Below the pieces are notes generated by a model. That model did not search any database and was not told the origin of the DNA. It saw only the letters and a program-made list of their open reading frames with translations. From NCBI RefSeq assembly GCF_963921235.1, contig NC_086097.1, positions 142,230,001 to 142,294,000 on the forward strand: DNA of 64,000 nt, given 5' to 3'. The stretch's first letter is position 1; every line of letters begins with the position of its first letter. Below are positions 50,600-62,590 of this stretch, one piece after another. This stretch comes from Mobula hypostoma. Lineage: Eukaryota. A program made the translations under genes and the position numbers.

Positions 50600-53210
50600 A
50601 TCATTATTTGTAGAAGAATGTAAAGGTGATGGTATATCTTTCCCACTGCCTAGTTTGGAAAGTCTCTGACCCCAACCTCAAGCTCGGAAGTTCTCTAGTG
50701 GATGCTTAGGTGATTTGGCACGTCATCTACCACATGAAGGATCTCCTCCTTCTGAATATGTGTTTCCACAAACCTGCCAGGATTTGCTCATCTTTTCCAC
50801 AATACTCTTGAGATGTGGAAGATAACGAGGAAGATTTGGACCAAAGGCTCCATCCCACCAAGCTGGAAAATGGCTGAAGGATAATTTGTTACCAAGGAAG
50901 ATGATTCCTCCACAATCATCCAGTTTAGGACAATCTCTCTCCTTAGCATAGGGTACAAGATATTCTCCTTGGTGCTTACAAGACGGCTGAGTTCTTACTT
51001 AATGAAGAATCACTACATCAACACATCCATCCAGAAAGGTGGCATCAAATTTTTCTGAGTGTCTTGAACACACCTCAATAATCAGCAATTGTTCCACGAG
51101 GCTAGGCAGAAGAAAGGCAACCTAACAGTTGTATGATTAGACCTAGCCAATGCCTACAGATCAGTTCCACATGTCCTCATCCAGGTTGGCCTGGTCAACT
51201 ACCATATCCTGCCAGTATCGCAAGACATGGTCACCAGCGATGCTTCACTTCAGCCCACTTTACAACCAGGTGGCAAGGCCTCCAAAAAGGGATTCTAACT
51301 GGCTGTACCATCTTGTTTGTCATGGGTATGAACCTCCTCATATCAGCAGCAGCAGACGTAACCTGAGGCCCAGTGTTGGAACCCAGCATCCAGCAACCTG
51401 CAATACTGGTGTTCATGGGTTGCAGTGGTTACTGTAATGTCATCCATGTCCAAGCAAGATGGGTATTGGAAAACCTGGACAATGGAGATACCTGGGCTCA
51501 GATAACCTTCAAGATCAAGTTATCCAGATGCATGGTGATCAAAAAGGTCAAGGTTACTAGCAAGTTCAATCTCTAAATACAGGGAGAAGTCATTCCATCC
51601 ACAGAGGACAACTCAGTAAAGTGTCTTGGAAAGTAGTTTAATGTCCAGTGATGGACAGTGCCAACATCACTGACACTGTAAAGCATACTGAAGAGTGGCT
51701 GAAGAAGAATGACAAAACTGGACTCCCTGGTAAATTTAAGGCATGGCTATTCCAACATGGTGTTCTACCAAGGCTGCTCTGGCTTTTCACAGTGTACAAG
51801 TTCCCCATGACCACTGTAGAAGACAGAGGAAAGTCAACAAGCACCTGCGAAGGTGGCTGGGGATCCCTTCAAGTTTTTCTTCAGTGGGGCTCTAGATAAG
51901 ATCAGGCCAGCTACAGCTGCCGTTGTCATCGGTGGTGGAGGAGTTAAAGGTGGCAAAGTGCAAAACTGTGTTAACTCAGAGGTTCCAATGACAAGCTAAT
52001 AAACCAAGCAGGAGTGACAACAAGATTGGGACGAAAAAGGGCTGCCAATTCGGCCACAGATCAGGCAGCGAGTTCCCTGCAATTGAGAGACATTATTGGC
52101 AACCCATGCATGGGACAGCAAGGCCGCAGTTCTGCACACTTCCAACGACAGGGAAGTGCAAGTGCAAGGGGTAGGCGTGACATGGACCAGGCAGAGGTAT
52201 AGAACCACAAGGACAAAAGGCAGGTGTTGAAGGCAGTGGAGCTGGGGTCACAGGGCTCCAGGACAAAATAGGATCTTCCCAAGCGCAAGATTACTTGGAC
52301 AGAGTTCTGCAGACTGGAGCCCATTCACATTTCTTTCCTCCTGAGGTCCATGTACGACACTCTCCTACACCATCACAGTTGCACACATGGGGCCTGAGAG
52401 AGGATGCTAACTGCTTTTTGCGATCAGTGGGTTCAATGGAACACGTACTGTCAGGTTGCAAAACAGTTTTAACACAAGGAAAGTATAGGTGGTGCCACAA
52501 GGTTCTATTGTCCCTCACCAATACACTGGAGCAGAAGAGGTGTAAAAAGATTCCAACTGCCAGGGGGCAAACAGGGCAGTAATTTTCATCAAGGAAAGGG
52601 CCACACCAGTCATATCAAAGAAGCCCAAATCCAATCTGCTAAATCATGGAGATAAGGGTTTATGTGGGGAGGAAGCTGCAGTTCCTGGAGGTGCTACAAA
52701 CCATATTTCCATCAGATATTGTACTGTGGTCCACTGAAGACAAGAAAATCACCCTGGTGGAGCACACAGTACCATGGGAGAAAGGATGCAAGGAGGCTCA
52801 CAAGAGGAAGGTCCTGAAGCACCAGTCCGTAGTCACATCTGCCATCCTTTGTCCCTGCACTCTTGCACTATTCCCCATGGAGATTGGCTGTAGAGGGTTC
52901 CTGGCAAGGTCGGTATGGAGGCTGCTGCCTTGATAAAAAGAGCATGAACCAAACAGCTCACAGGATGGGGGAGCGAGCAGAAAGAGCCTCTTGCTGGATA
53001 TGGAGCAGGTGAGAGGAATTGAGCTGGAAGTCAGAAGCAGATAGGCAGTGACTTGGCCACCACTGCTGACCTGTCAACTGGAGAGTGTAGTGGTTAAGGC
53101 TCAAAACACCCTAGGAAGGTTGGGCACCACCTAACAACATCTGCTCCTGTCTAAAAGCAACAGTTATCTCATCAGGTAACTGAAGAGAGCACCCTGGTGT
53201 ACAATACAAG
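50600..53210 (+). mobile_element. Decayed Hero-like non-LTR retrotransposon with restriction-like endonuclease (RLE)
   Basis: IQFRTISLLS, LDLANAYRSVPH, WQGLQKGILTGCTI, GLPGKFKAWLFQHGVLPRLLW, zinc-knuckle remnant SMEHVLSGC, RLE PSDIVLWS..LVEHTVPWE..EAHKRK..FPMEIGCRGF; many stops and frameshifts. Confidence 0.82.
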
Positions 53211-53424
53211 CAAAATTCACCAAAACGAGATGTCATTTGGTAAAAAAAAATCTGAGATTTTTAATAAATTGCATCCAGATGAAATATTACATACATATAT
53301 CCATACACAGCTTTAACTTCTTACAGAGCCCAAAAATGTATTGATTCCCAACCGCCATCAATGCAAGAAGAACAAGGAATATTGGATCACAACGTAAATA
53401 CTCTTCAGCTGTAAGAATCAAAAC

Positions 53425-54300
53425 AGAATCACTTTATTGCCAGTATGCAAAACATACCAGAATTTTGTGTGGTTCAGTGCCAAAGATAAAACACAGGACA
53501 ATAACACAACAGACAACACAAAAGCAACCAACAATTTACAAAACAATAGATGCAAACAGGCAAGAGCAATCAACAGCTAGCGTAAACATCAACAGCCCAA
53601 CTTAAATGTGAACATGTGAACAGAATAAATAATTATCACAGAACAAGGGCAGGAAAGACCATTTAACGAATGCCGTGCAGGGACAGTTACAGTATTACAC
53701 CCAAGTTTTATTGAGAAGTTAGATATCTACAGGGAAGAAGCTTTAGTGATGATGTGTAGTCCTGGTGGTGATACACTCGTAGTGTCTCCCCGAAGGCAAT
53801 TTGGTAAATAGATGACTGCTAGGGTGGGTGGAGTCAGCAGTAATTTTTCCAGCTCTTTTCTTCACTCTGACGATGAACAGGTCTTTTAATATCAGTAGCT
53901 TAGAGCCAACACTGGACCTTCTCTGCTGAGTGAAACACTTACTGCAACCTGGACTTGGGGGAGGTAGGAGGCAGCAGGAAACCACATGCTGATAAAGGTG
54001 GTTACAACACTCTCAATGATGGCAGAGTAAAAATTCATCAGGATACATCCTGAGCTGTTAAATTTCCTAAACTTGGTGTAGGAAGAAAAATCTCTGCTGG
54101 GCTTTCCTAGTGATGAGTGTAACGTGCTTGTCCCACGTCAATGTACTGGTTATGGTAGACCCTCAGGAATTTCAATGACGCGACCACAGATGCAGCCTGA
54201 CCAATAATTTCCAAGAAGGGGCAGATAGGGGATTGTCAACAGAAGTCAATCCTCATTTCCACTGTCTTGACAGCATTGAGCACCAAGTTATAATGGTACA
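53425..54300 (-). mobile_element. Rex1/L2-type LINE 3' fragment
   Basis: AGKITADSTHPSSHLFTKLPSGRHY; FYSAIIESVVTTFISMWF; LVLNAVKTVEM. Confidence 0.75.
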
Positions 54301-55319
54301 GAACATCTTGCCTTTTAATTATAGGATAATTCACCCTTACTGCCTTTAGTCATAATCAGACCAAGTTATCATTATGCCATGCCAATAACATGATAAAACA
54401 TGATAAAAGATTCATTCCAACACAGCTCTAATCCTTAAATAGGTACCACAGATAGCTCTGCAATGCAGCAACTCAATATACATTATAGCAAAGCTGCATC
54501 TACGGCAGTATTTATTTTCACTATTGACAAACCTGGTGATTTTTAATTATTTACATGTGCATCTTTTCTGGCAAATACCAATTTCTTGAAAGAAATGGTA
54601 TTTAACATACAATGATCAACTCACCATAGATTCCAAACCAAACACTGAAATGTTATATTAACTGAAAAGCACATTTTTTAATTAAAGGCTTCACCCCTGA
54701 AATTGAAATTGAAACTGTGAAATTGAAACCGTGTGATTTTTTTTAAAAATGTAGCAAATCTCATAGCATTATTAAAAATATAAATTTCTATGTTGCCTAA
54801 CACTTTTCCCCAAGTCTCAACTCATTTAACACCACTTCTACATATAGTAGCCAAAAGTCAAAATATTGAAAAGCATCATATGTTAAAGAGATTCTAATAA
54901 ACTTGTTCACGACATGGTTTTTACAAACTTGTCCTAGCTTGGATTATTTCCTCAATTTTGAATTGCTTCCTCTATAAAGCAAGTCCCTATATTTTTTTTC
55001 ATGTTACTAACATTCTTAAGTTCCTCCCCAGTAGCACTACAGGAGCAAGTTGCAGGATTTAGACCCAGCAATAATGAGAGAATGGCAATATATTTCCAAG
55101 CCATAGAAATGGAGGCAAAGTGCAGACGGTGATGTTTCCCATGCCCAAAATTTTCTACTTAATGGTAAATGCTACATATCTGGAAAGTAAAAAAAAATAA
55201 CCTAAGCAATTACCTGCCACATATTTTATAGATGGTACTCGGCACAGCTGGAATCAACCAGTGATAGACAACATTTAGGGTGATGGGTGGAGTAAAAGGA
55301 GAAAGCTCCTTCCCTAGAT

Positions 55320-55399
55320 TATGGATTTCTAATCTTTTTTATGCCATGTACCCCTGCCATTAACCGAGAAGTCCGTGGACGCCAGGTTGGGAGCCCTTG
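55320..55399. mobile_element. 80-bp hAT (Charlie-like) MITE
   Basis: 8-bp TSD CCCTAGAT at 55312-55319 and 55400-55407; right TIR ggttgggagcccttg, left TIR degenerate. Confidence 0.7.
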
Positions 55400-55644
55400 C
55401 CCTAGATGACGATTGATGAAGCTGCGTTCATCCAGGCAAGTGAAGAGTATCACAATCCTAATCTGTGCCTGGTAGGTAGTAAGTAGAAAAGCTCTGTATC
55501 AGGAGGCAAGTAATTTGCCATACAGTATCCAGTATCTGGCCTGTTCTCATAGACACAGTACATGTCAAATTTCTAAACAAGATGTGCAGCAGACTTAGTA
55601 ATAGTATTGATATTGAAGGCCAACAGCACAGCATTAGACTTGTT

Positions 55645-56300
55645 GGAAACAGAAGGAACAGCAAATGCTGGAAGTTGGAGTGGAAAAAAAATTAGCTGCT
55701 GGACAAACGCAACAGTGCAGGCAGCATTCATTCAAGGAAATGGATAATTTATATTTTTGAGTCAACACCCTCCGTCTGGACTTAGAGTGAGCAGAGATAG
55801 CCAGTATAAAAAGGTGATGGGAGAGGTGGGGAAAAAACTACCTCAATCTATACTTGGATTGATTGGCAGATGGGAGTGAGATGAAGGAGAGAGGGAAGGG
55901 TGGAAACAGACTGGCAGGTGATAGGTGGAGGTAACAAAGATGATAAAATATGAAAGGAAAGGAGGGTGGAACTTAGAACCAAATAAGGTAGGTAATGTGG
56001 GCAAATGGGAACAGAGGAGGGGAGGGAGACTTGGTGGCCAGCATTTTTTTATGATGGGCAGATGGAGTAATTGCAGCAGGAGAAAGAAACTGAGCACTAA
56101 GAGGCCACGTGAGAGGAACTGAGCAGATCCGAAAAAGACAGAAACAAACACAAAGGGAGCAAGAGACCTGAACGTGGAGAATTCAATGTTCATATGGTCA
56201 CGTTATACACTACCCAGGTGGAATGCTATCCTTTAGTGTGCATCTCCCTCCCCCTTCCCACACCAACATGTCTGTCCTCTGCTACCACTACTGCTAAGAA
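55645..56300 (-). mobile_element. Old Penelope-like terminal fragment
   Basis: LGSV..HMNIEFS at 56170-56218; purine-rich tract and terminal motif. Confidence 0.6.
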
Positions 56301-58139
56301 TAGACCATTCAAGCGGCACACACTCAGCAAATGGGGTATTGGTGAATGTAAGTGCCGAGTGCACGCCACTTGATTGCACTATCACTTAATGTTCCATTAT
56401 GGATTGAGATTTAGCTGTATTAGATCAGATTAATTTTGTTTTCTGTGCCATAGTTTGGATGCTTTTATGCTGTTTTGATGCTGGTCTTGTAAACATTAAA
56501 TGCCTGGTCAGACAGGCACACCTAGTTCTTGAGAGCAAGCCTTAAGTAATGAAGAATGCTATCGGGTTGCATATCAACTACTGCATAGGGTTCAAAGATT
56601 CAAAGTTCAAAGTACATTTCTTATCAAATTAAGTATGCTTTATACAACCCTGAGTTTCACTTTCCTGCAGCCATGAAAAAAAACACTGTGGAATCTATTC
56701 AAAAAGATCAAACACACAACGTGCAAAAAAAAAAACAAATCATGCAAACCGCAAAAACAAGCGAATAACATACAGAATATTAAACACCCAACCGCAGTGT
56801 TGTCCTTGCAGCAGTCTAGGAACATTGTTTAGTTCATCAATTTAGCACTGCAACGTTCGTTAACTGCAGACCATACAGCCAGTCTGCAACGATCAAAATC
56901 ATGCAGAATAGCAATTTTAGAAAGGAGTAACCAGAAACACACATGAACAGCAGAGGCCTCTTAATAAAAGAAATCAATCCACAAACTCTGATCAACCTTG
57001 CCCAAGACTTAAGACACCTACACCTTCCTACAGGGTGAGGGAGACGGGTCAAATGCAGGCAGACAGCGCCAAACACCAATTTGCCTTTTCCTCTTGTCCA
57101 CATTGATTTCAATCTTTCTCAATGCTTTAATCGGCAAGTTGGTTGAGAATTGGAGCCAATCATAGGTTTGCACTGCACCATTAGGCCGCACACTTCGTTC
57201 CCATCCTCGCTTTCCCTTCTGAGACAACAAAAGCACCAAATCGCTCAGCTGGCCCAAAAACACATCAAAATGTAAATTACAGTCTCCAATCGCATAGTGA
57301 TTAGGATTATAAGTATATTTAAAAGAAAGTGAAGAAATAGTTTCATCAGCTGTCTGCAAGGTGCCATCAATATTATCAACATTCTCGTGTATTTCCTGGT
57401 ATAACATGTAAAGAAATGAATTGGCTTAAAGACAGTCTTCTGTAATGGGGGGATCTTAGCAGTAAGTTGAAATAGAATATTCATGTAGTGCTTGTTTTTT
57501 CTCTTCAATGCTAAACCTCACTCTCATTGGTGATGGGGATATACCTGAAACCATGCTCTCCCAGTAGCTAGTTATGATCCAGTGCCATTCAGGGTTAATG
57601 TTTTAGGGTGACAGAACTTCAATCTGATTAAATTGTTGCAAGCTCACCAGCCACCCTTCGCATGATTTTGGCAAGAATATTGTTTTACTTCACTTGATAT
57701 ACGCCTCTTAAGCATCTGTTTCCCAAATTTTCTGATTTTGAAATTAAAGAACAGAATAAAAACATCAAGGTACATTTCATCAGTACTGGCTCCTCCTTTC
57801 AGAGCAGGAAATAGGATTTCTTTTAATTCTCCAAGTTCAAATTAATTTCCCAAGAATACGAATAACTAAAGAATATCAGCAAAGTATAGCTCACATTTCT
57901 GCCCTTACTTTCTCCCACACATTTTCCCATTTCTTTGGCACTTCATCACCTTATTTCCAAAGATTATATCTAATGCAGAGCCCCCACCCCAATGGTCTCT
58001 CCATTCTCATCCCAATTTATCTTTTCCTATTTTGCTCCAGATTTGCAACAGCCATTGCCATATACATGTTCCTAAATGCATGCTTATGTTCCAAAAATAC
58101 TTTTATAACCTTTATATTTGCTCCTGGAATGTCAGTGAC

Positions 58140-59380
58140 TTTGGCACTCAAGTTTATTGTTATTTGACTATACATAGATACAACAATGCTCCTCCAAGAC
58201 CACAGTGCACCCACAAAATATATTACACATAGCACACAATCCAAATTATCAACATAAAAATAAGTGAATACATGCATTTTGAATTGTAGTGCACAGCACA
58301 GGCAAACAGCTCGCTGTCCTAGTGACAAGATCTCAGAGGTGGCAGGGTACTTATTCACTGGTCTCACAGACTGAGGGAAGAAAATGACAGTCCTAGTCCT
58401 AATGTTTCTGTACCTCCTTCCTGATGGTAACAGTCAAAGAGATTGCAGAATGGAGGTAGGGATCCCCAACAATGCCATGGACTCTGTCTATAACAGTCCC
58501 AGTAGATGTCACAAATGGTTGAGTGGGGGGGGGGGCAGAAGAGGGAGACCCCAGTGATCCTCTCAGCAGTTTTTAATTTCCCCTGTAGGGTCTTGCAGTC
58601 CGATGCCTTACAGCTTCCATACCGCACAGTGATGCAACCAGACAGGATATTCTCGATGGTGTTCCTGTGAAAGTTGCTAAAAATGGGGGTGGGGACCCTT
58701 ACAAGCCTCAATTTCCTCAAAGTGTATAAGTTGCTATGCCTTCTTGACTAATGAAGTGGTGGATCCAGGATATATTATCTATTATGTACACACCAAGGAA
58801 CTTTGTGCTCCTCGCTCTCTCTATGGCAGAGCCATTGATGTGCAAGAGAAGTGGTCAACCTACACCTTCCTGAAGTTCACAATCATCTCTTCTGACTTCT
58901 TGTCCACAGTGAGACTTTGATTGTTCTTGAATCATATGGCAAGCCTCTCTATCTGCTCCCTGTATACAGGTTCATCATTGTTGCTGAGACCAACCACTAT
59001 AGCGTCATCAGCGAACTTGATGATGCAGTTTGAACTGGATCTGGCAGTGCAGTTGAGAGTCAGCAGCTGGCTGAGTGCACAGCCCAGTGCTCACAACCCA
59101 GGGCACCAGTGCTCAGTGTGATGGAGCTTGAGACATTGCTGCCAATTTGGATCGACTAGGGTAATGGTCAATCCCTCAGCACCTGACTAGGCATGTTGTC
59201 TGGCCTTGCATGGGTTTACCCTGGCTAGGATCCTCAACACCTCGGTTGGGGCCAGACAGGATGCCTGTTCCCCAGGAGAGAGGGGGCTTTCCTTGATATC
59301 ACATCTTTCAATGATTCAAATCATGTACAGAAGGCATTCAGCTTATCAGGAAGGAAGGTGTTATCGTTAACACACAGGGT
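58140..59380 (-). mobile_element. Rex1/Babar RT and 3' fragment
   Basis: CIIKFADDAIVVGL; FHRNTIENILSGCITVRYGSC. Confidence 0.8.
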
Positions 59381-59407
59381 GGGCTTGTAATTGGTTATAC
59401 AATCAAA

Positions 59408-60692
59408 AATAAGAGAAAACCTGCAGATGCTAGAAATCCAAGCAAAATGCTAGAGAACCTCAGCAGGCAATGTAGCATCTATGGAAAAGAGTACAGTTGA
59501 TGTTTCAGGCCAAGACCCTTTGGCAGGAATGAAGGAGGAAAAACTGAGTAGGTTTAAAAGCTGGTGGGGAGGGGGGAGGGGATAGAGAGAAACACAAGGT
59601 GATGGGTGAAACCTGAAGGGAGAAGAATGAAGTAAAGAGCTGGGAAGTTGATTGGTGAAAGACACAAGGCCATGGAAGACAGAAAAGGAGGGAGGAGCAC
59701 CAGAAGGAGGCAATGGGAAAGCATGGCGATAGGGTGAGAAAGGGAAAAAGGGATGGGAAGTTGAGGGGGGGGGGGCTCATCACGATAGTAGAGAAGGCCA
59801 TGGACAGACAAATCAGAATGGGAATGGGAAGTGGAATTAAAATTGTTTTCCAGCACATAATTCTCTGAAACTTCCACCATCTCCAACAGGATCTCACCAC
59901 CAAGCACACCTTTCCCTCTTCTCCCCCCACCCCCCACCATTTTCTGCTTTCCACAGGAATCACTCCCTACACAACTCCCTTGTCTATTCATCCCTCCCCA
60001 CTGATCTCCCTCCTGGCACTTACCATTGCAAGCAGAACAAGTGCTACACCTGCCTCTACACCTCTTCCCTTACTACCATTCAGGGCCCTAAACAGTCCTT
60101 CCAGATGAGGCGATACTTCACCTGTGAGTCTGTTGGGTTCATACACTGTGTCCGGTGCAGCTTCCTATATATCAGTGAGACCTGATGTAGACTGGGAGAC
60201 TACTTCCCCAAGCACCTACGCTCTGCCTGCCAGAAAAAGCAGGATCTCCCAGTGGGCATCCATTTTAATTCTACTTCCCATTCTGATATGTCAATCCATG
60301 GCCTCCTCAGCCTCCACTTTATATGCCGTCTGGAATGAACATCAACTTCCCAAACTCCTGGTAATAGCCCCCACCCCCCCTTCACCATTTCCCATCCCCC
60401 TTTCCCTCTCTCACCTGACGCCCTTGCCTGCCCATCACCTCCCTCTGGTGCTTCTCCCCCATATTCTTTCTTCCATGGTCTTCTGTCTCTTTCACTAATC
60501 AACTTCCCAGCTAGCTCTTTACTTCATCCCTCTCCCTCTCGGTTTCACCTATCACCTTCTGTTTCTCTCTCCCCTCCCCCCAACTTTTAAATCTACTCCT
60601 CAGCTTTTTTTAAATTTCTCCAGTGCTGCTGAAGGGTCTCGACCCAAAATTTCGACTGTACTCTTTTTTATAGATACTGCCTGGCCTGCTGA
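59408..60692. mobile_element. Penelope-like insertion with inverted arms (minus ~59408-59845, plus ~59846-60692)
   Basis: TDLPPGTYHCKQNKCYTC on the plus strand; terminal motifs at both ends in opposite orientation. Confidence 0.85.
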
Positions 60693-60845
60693 GAAGCTCA
60701 GAGACCTTGGCCTTCACCCTGCCGTGTGCGGCTGGATCCTGGACTTCCTGTCAGTTCGTTGGCAGGTGGCAAGAGGGGGCTCCCTCACCTCTGCTCCTGA
60801 CCCTCATCACAGGAGCCCCCTCAGGGCTGGGTCCCAAGCCCCCTC

Positions 60846-62590
60846 CTTTTTTTTTTGTAATTTATTTTTTATTGAGTTTCATCATCAAACATTTCCATAA
60901 GATGTATTTCAGATACTGTATATATATCATATAATCATATTTGTCACAAATCTCCACATAATACTTATTTGAGGTATACACTTATAGAAAGAAGAGGAAA
61001 GACAGAACAGTCGAAAGAAGAAAACTATGTACAGAGTAGGGAGTGATTTTTTTACGACTTGTGAGAATAAAATCAGGCCTATGAGGTGTTATGTGGTTAA
61101 ACCATTTTTTCCAGTATGAATAAAATTGTTCCAACTTACAGATGCTGTTATCTTCTCCATTTTGTAAATGTCCATTGTAATTTCCATCCATACATTTAAA
61201 GTTGGGCTCTCCTGAGATAACCATTTCCTGTTAAGGATCTTTTTACCAGCCACCAGCAGTACATTCATTAAATATTTATATTTATCTCTTTTCAACCATT
61301 CTTAAGGTATATACCCAAAATATATGAGGTCCTCATCGACGCCAATGATGGACGAACAAGCAAGCACCCAAAATATATGGTCTTACTCTAAGTGTATTTA
61401 TCTGCTAGTATATCATTGAAATTTGCAGAATATAACTTAATCGATCTACTCCCCGAACAAATAAGAACCAAGAAAAGTGAATAATAAAAAAAAAGGTAAC
61501 GAAGGTGTCGTTCCAAGGCTGGGATCTCTAGATGACCCTGGGTTGGGCTAGAAGAAAAGTCTAACCATGGGGGATAGCCCCTCCTACCTGTGGGTGGAGG
61601 GTCCCCACTGCAGTGCCTATAAAAGTAAGTTTAAAAAAAACTATGTCCATTACACAGAAATTATTTCCCTGTGTATTCCTCCCATATATATATTCTCATT
61701 TAAATGGGGAAAAAGCAATGAATAAATGAATTTAAAAATTGAGTAATGTAAAATCCACATCATAACACATATTTCTCGAGATAGGTATATCACCGTCTAT
61801 TTTTGCTTCCGTTTAGTTTATCAGCACTTTTAAAAGTAGCCAAACCTTATGGCTCTTTTGGAGGAGGTGAGGGCTGCCCTCAGAGAACTGACAGTCTCTT
61901 CCTAAAAATCCTTCTCTCGTCCTGTTCCCATCCCGTTTTCTAGGTTCTCTTACTATTTTTCCAAGCAGTTTGGGACAACTGCTCAGCCAGACTTTCCCTT
62001 GGTTTGGCCACGCTAATGGGCAGTCCTCTGTTGCTCATGTCTGTAGTCGCCTCCTCCACTGTCTGGTACAGTCGCATCCCTTCTTGGTAAAATACCCTCA
62101 GTTTAGCAGGGTACGGGGTTTGGAATTTAATCTTTTCTTGCTTTAATATTCGTTTCGTTTTGGAATATTTCTTCCATTTCTGTAGGACCACTAGGGGGGT
62201 AATCATGATCGAAGTATATTAACTTCCCATTCCAAAACACCCTCTTCTTACCCCAGGCCCTTCGTAGAATCTCCGCCTTGCTCTTGAATTGAAGGAATTT
62301 AAGCACAATTAAGCGCAGCTTATCTTCTCTGTCTCTGGGAGGCCGCTGGACAAGCGAACGGTGCGCCCTTTCAATTCCAATCTCCGTAGTCTGAGGAATC
62401 TCCAGCGCCTTCCGCAGCAGCTTGTCTACAAAGTCCATCATTGACAATCCCTCCGCTCCTTCGGGAACGTTATAAATCCTGATATTTTTCCGTCGTGATC
62501 TTCCCTCCTGGTCAAGCAATTTACTTTCCTGTTGATTTAATATTTTTATCGTCTTACTTAGTACCTGTTCCACGTTTTGCACGCGAGTTT
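60846..62590 (-). mobile_element. L1-clade element: ORF1, spacer and ORF2 C-terminus/3'UTR/poly(A); most of ORF2 missing
   Basis: ORF1 LDQEGRSRRKNIRIYNVPEGAEG..IERAHR..IYFDHDY..YPAKLRV (L1 ORF1/Transposase_22-like); poly(T) at 60848-60856. Confidence 0.85.

Noticed and set aside
57018..57508. ORFs of 129 and 87 aa as MAP4 upstream exons
   Set aside because: No recognisable homology or convincing splice sites; adjacent to LINE tail sequence and probably repeat-derived.
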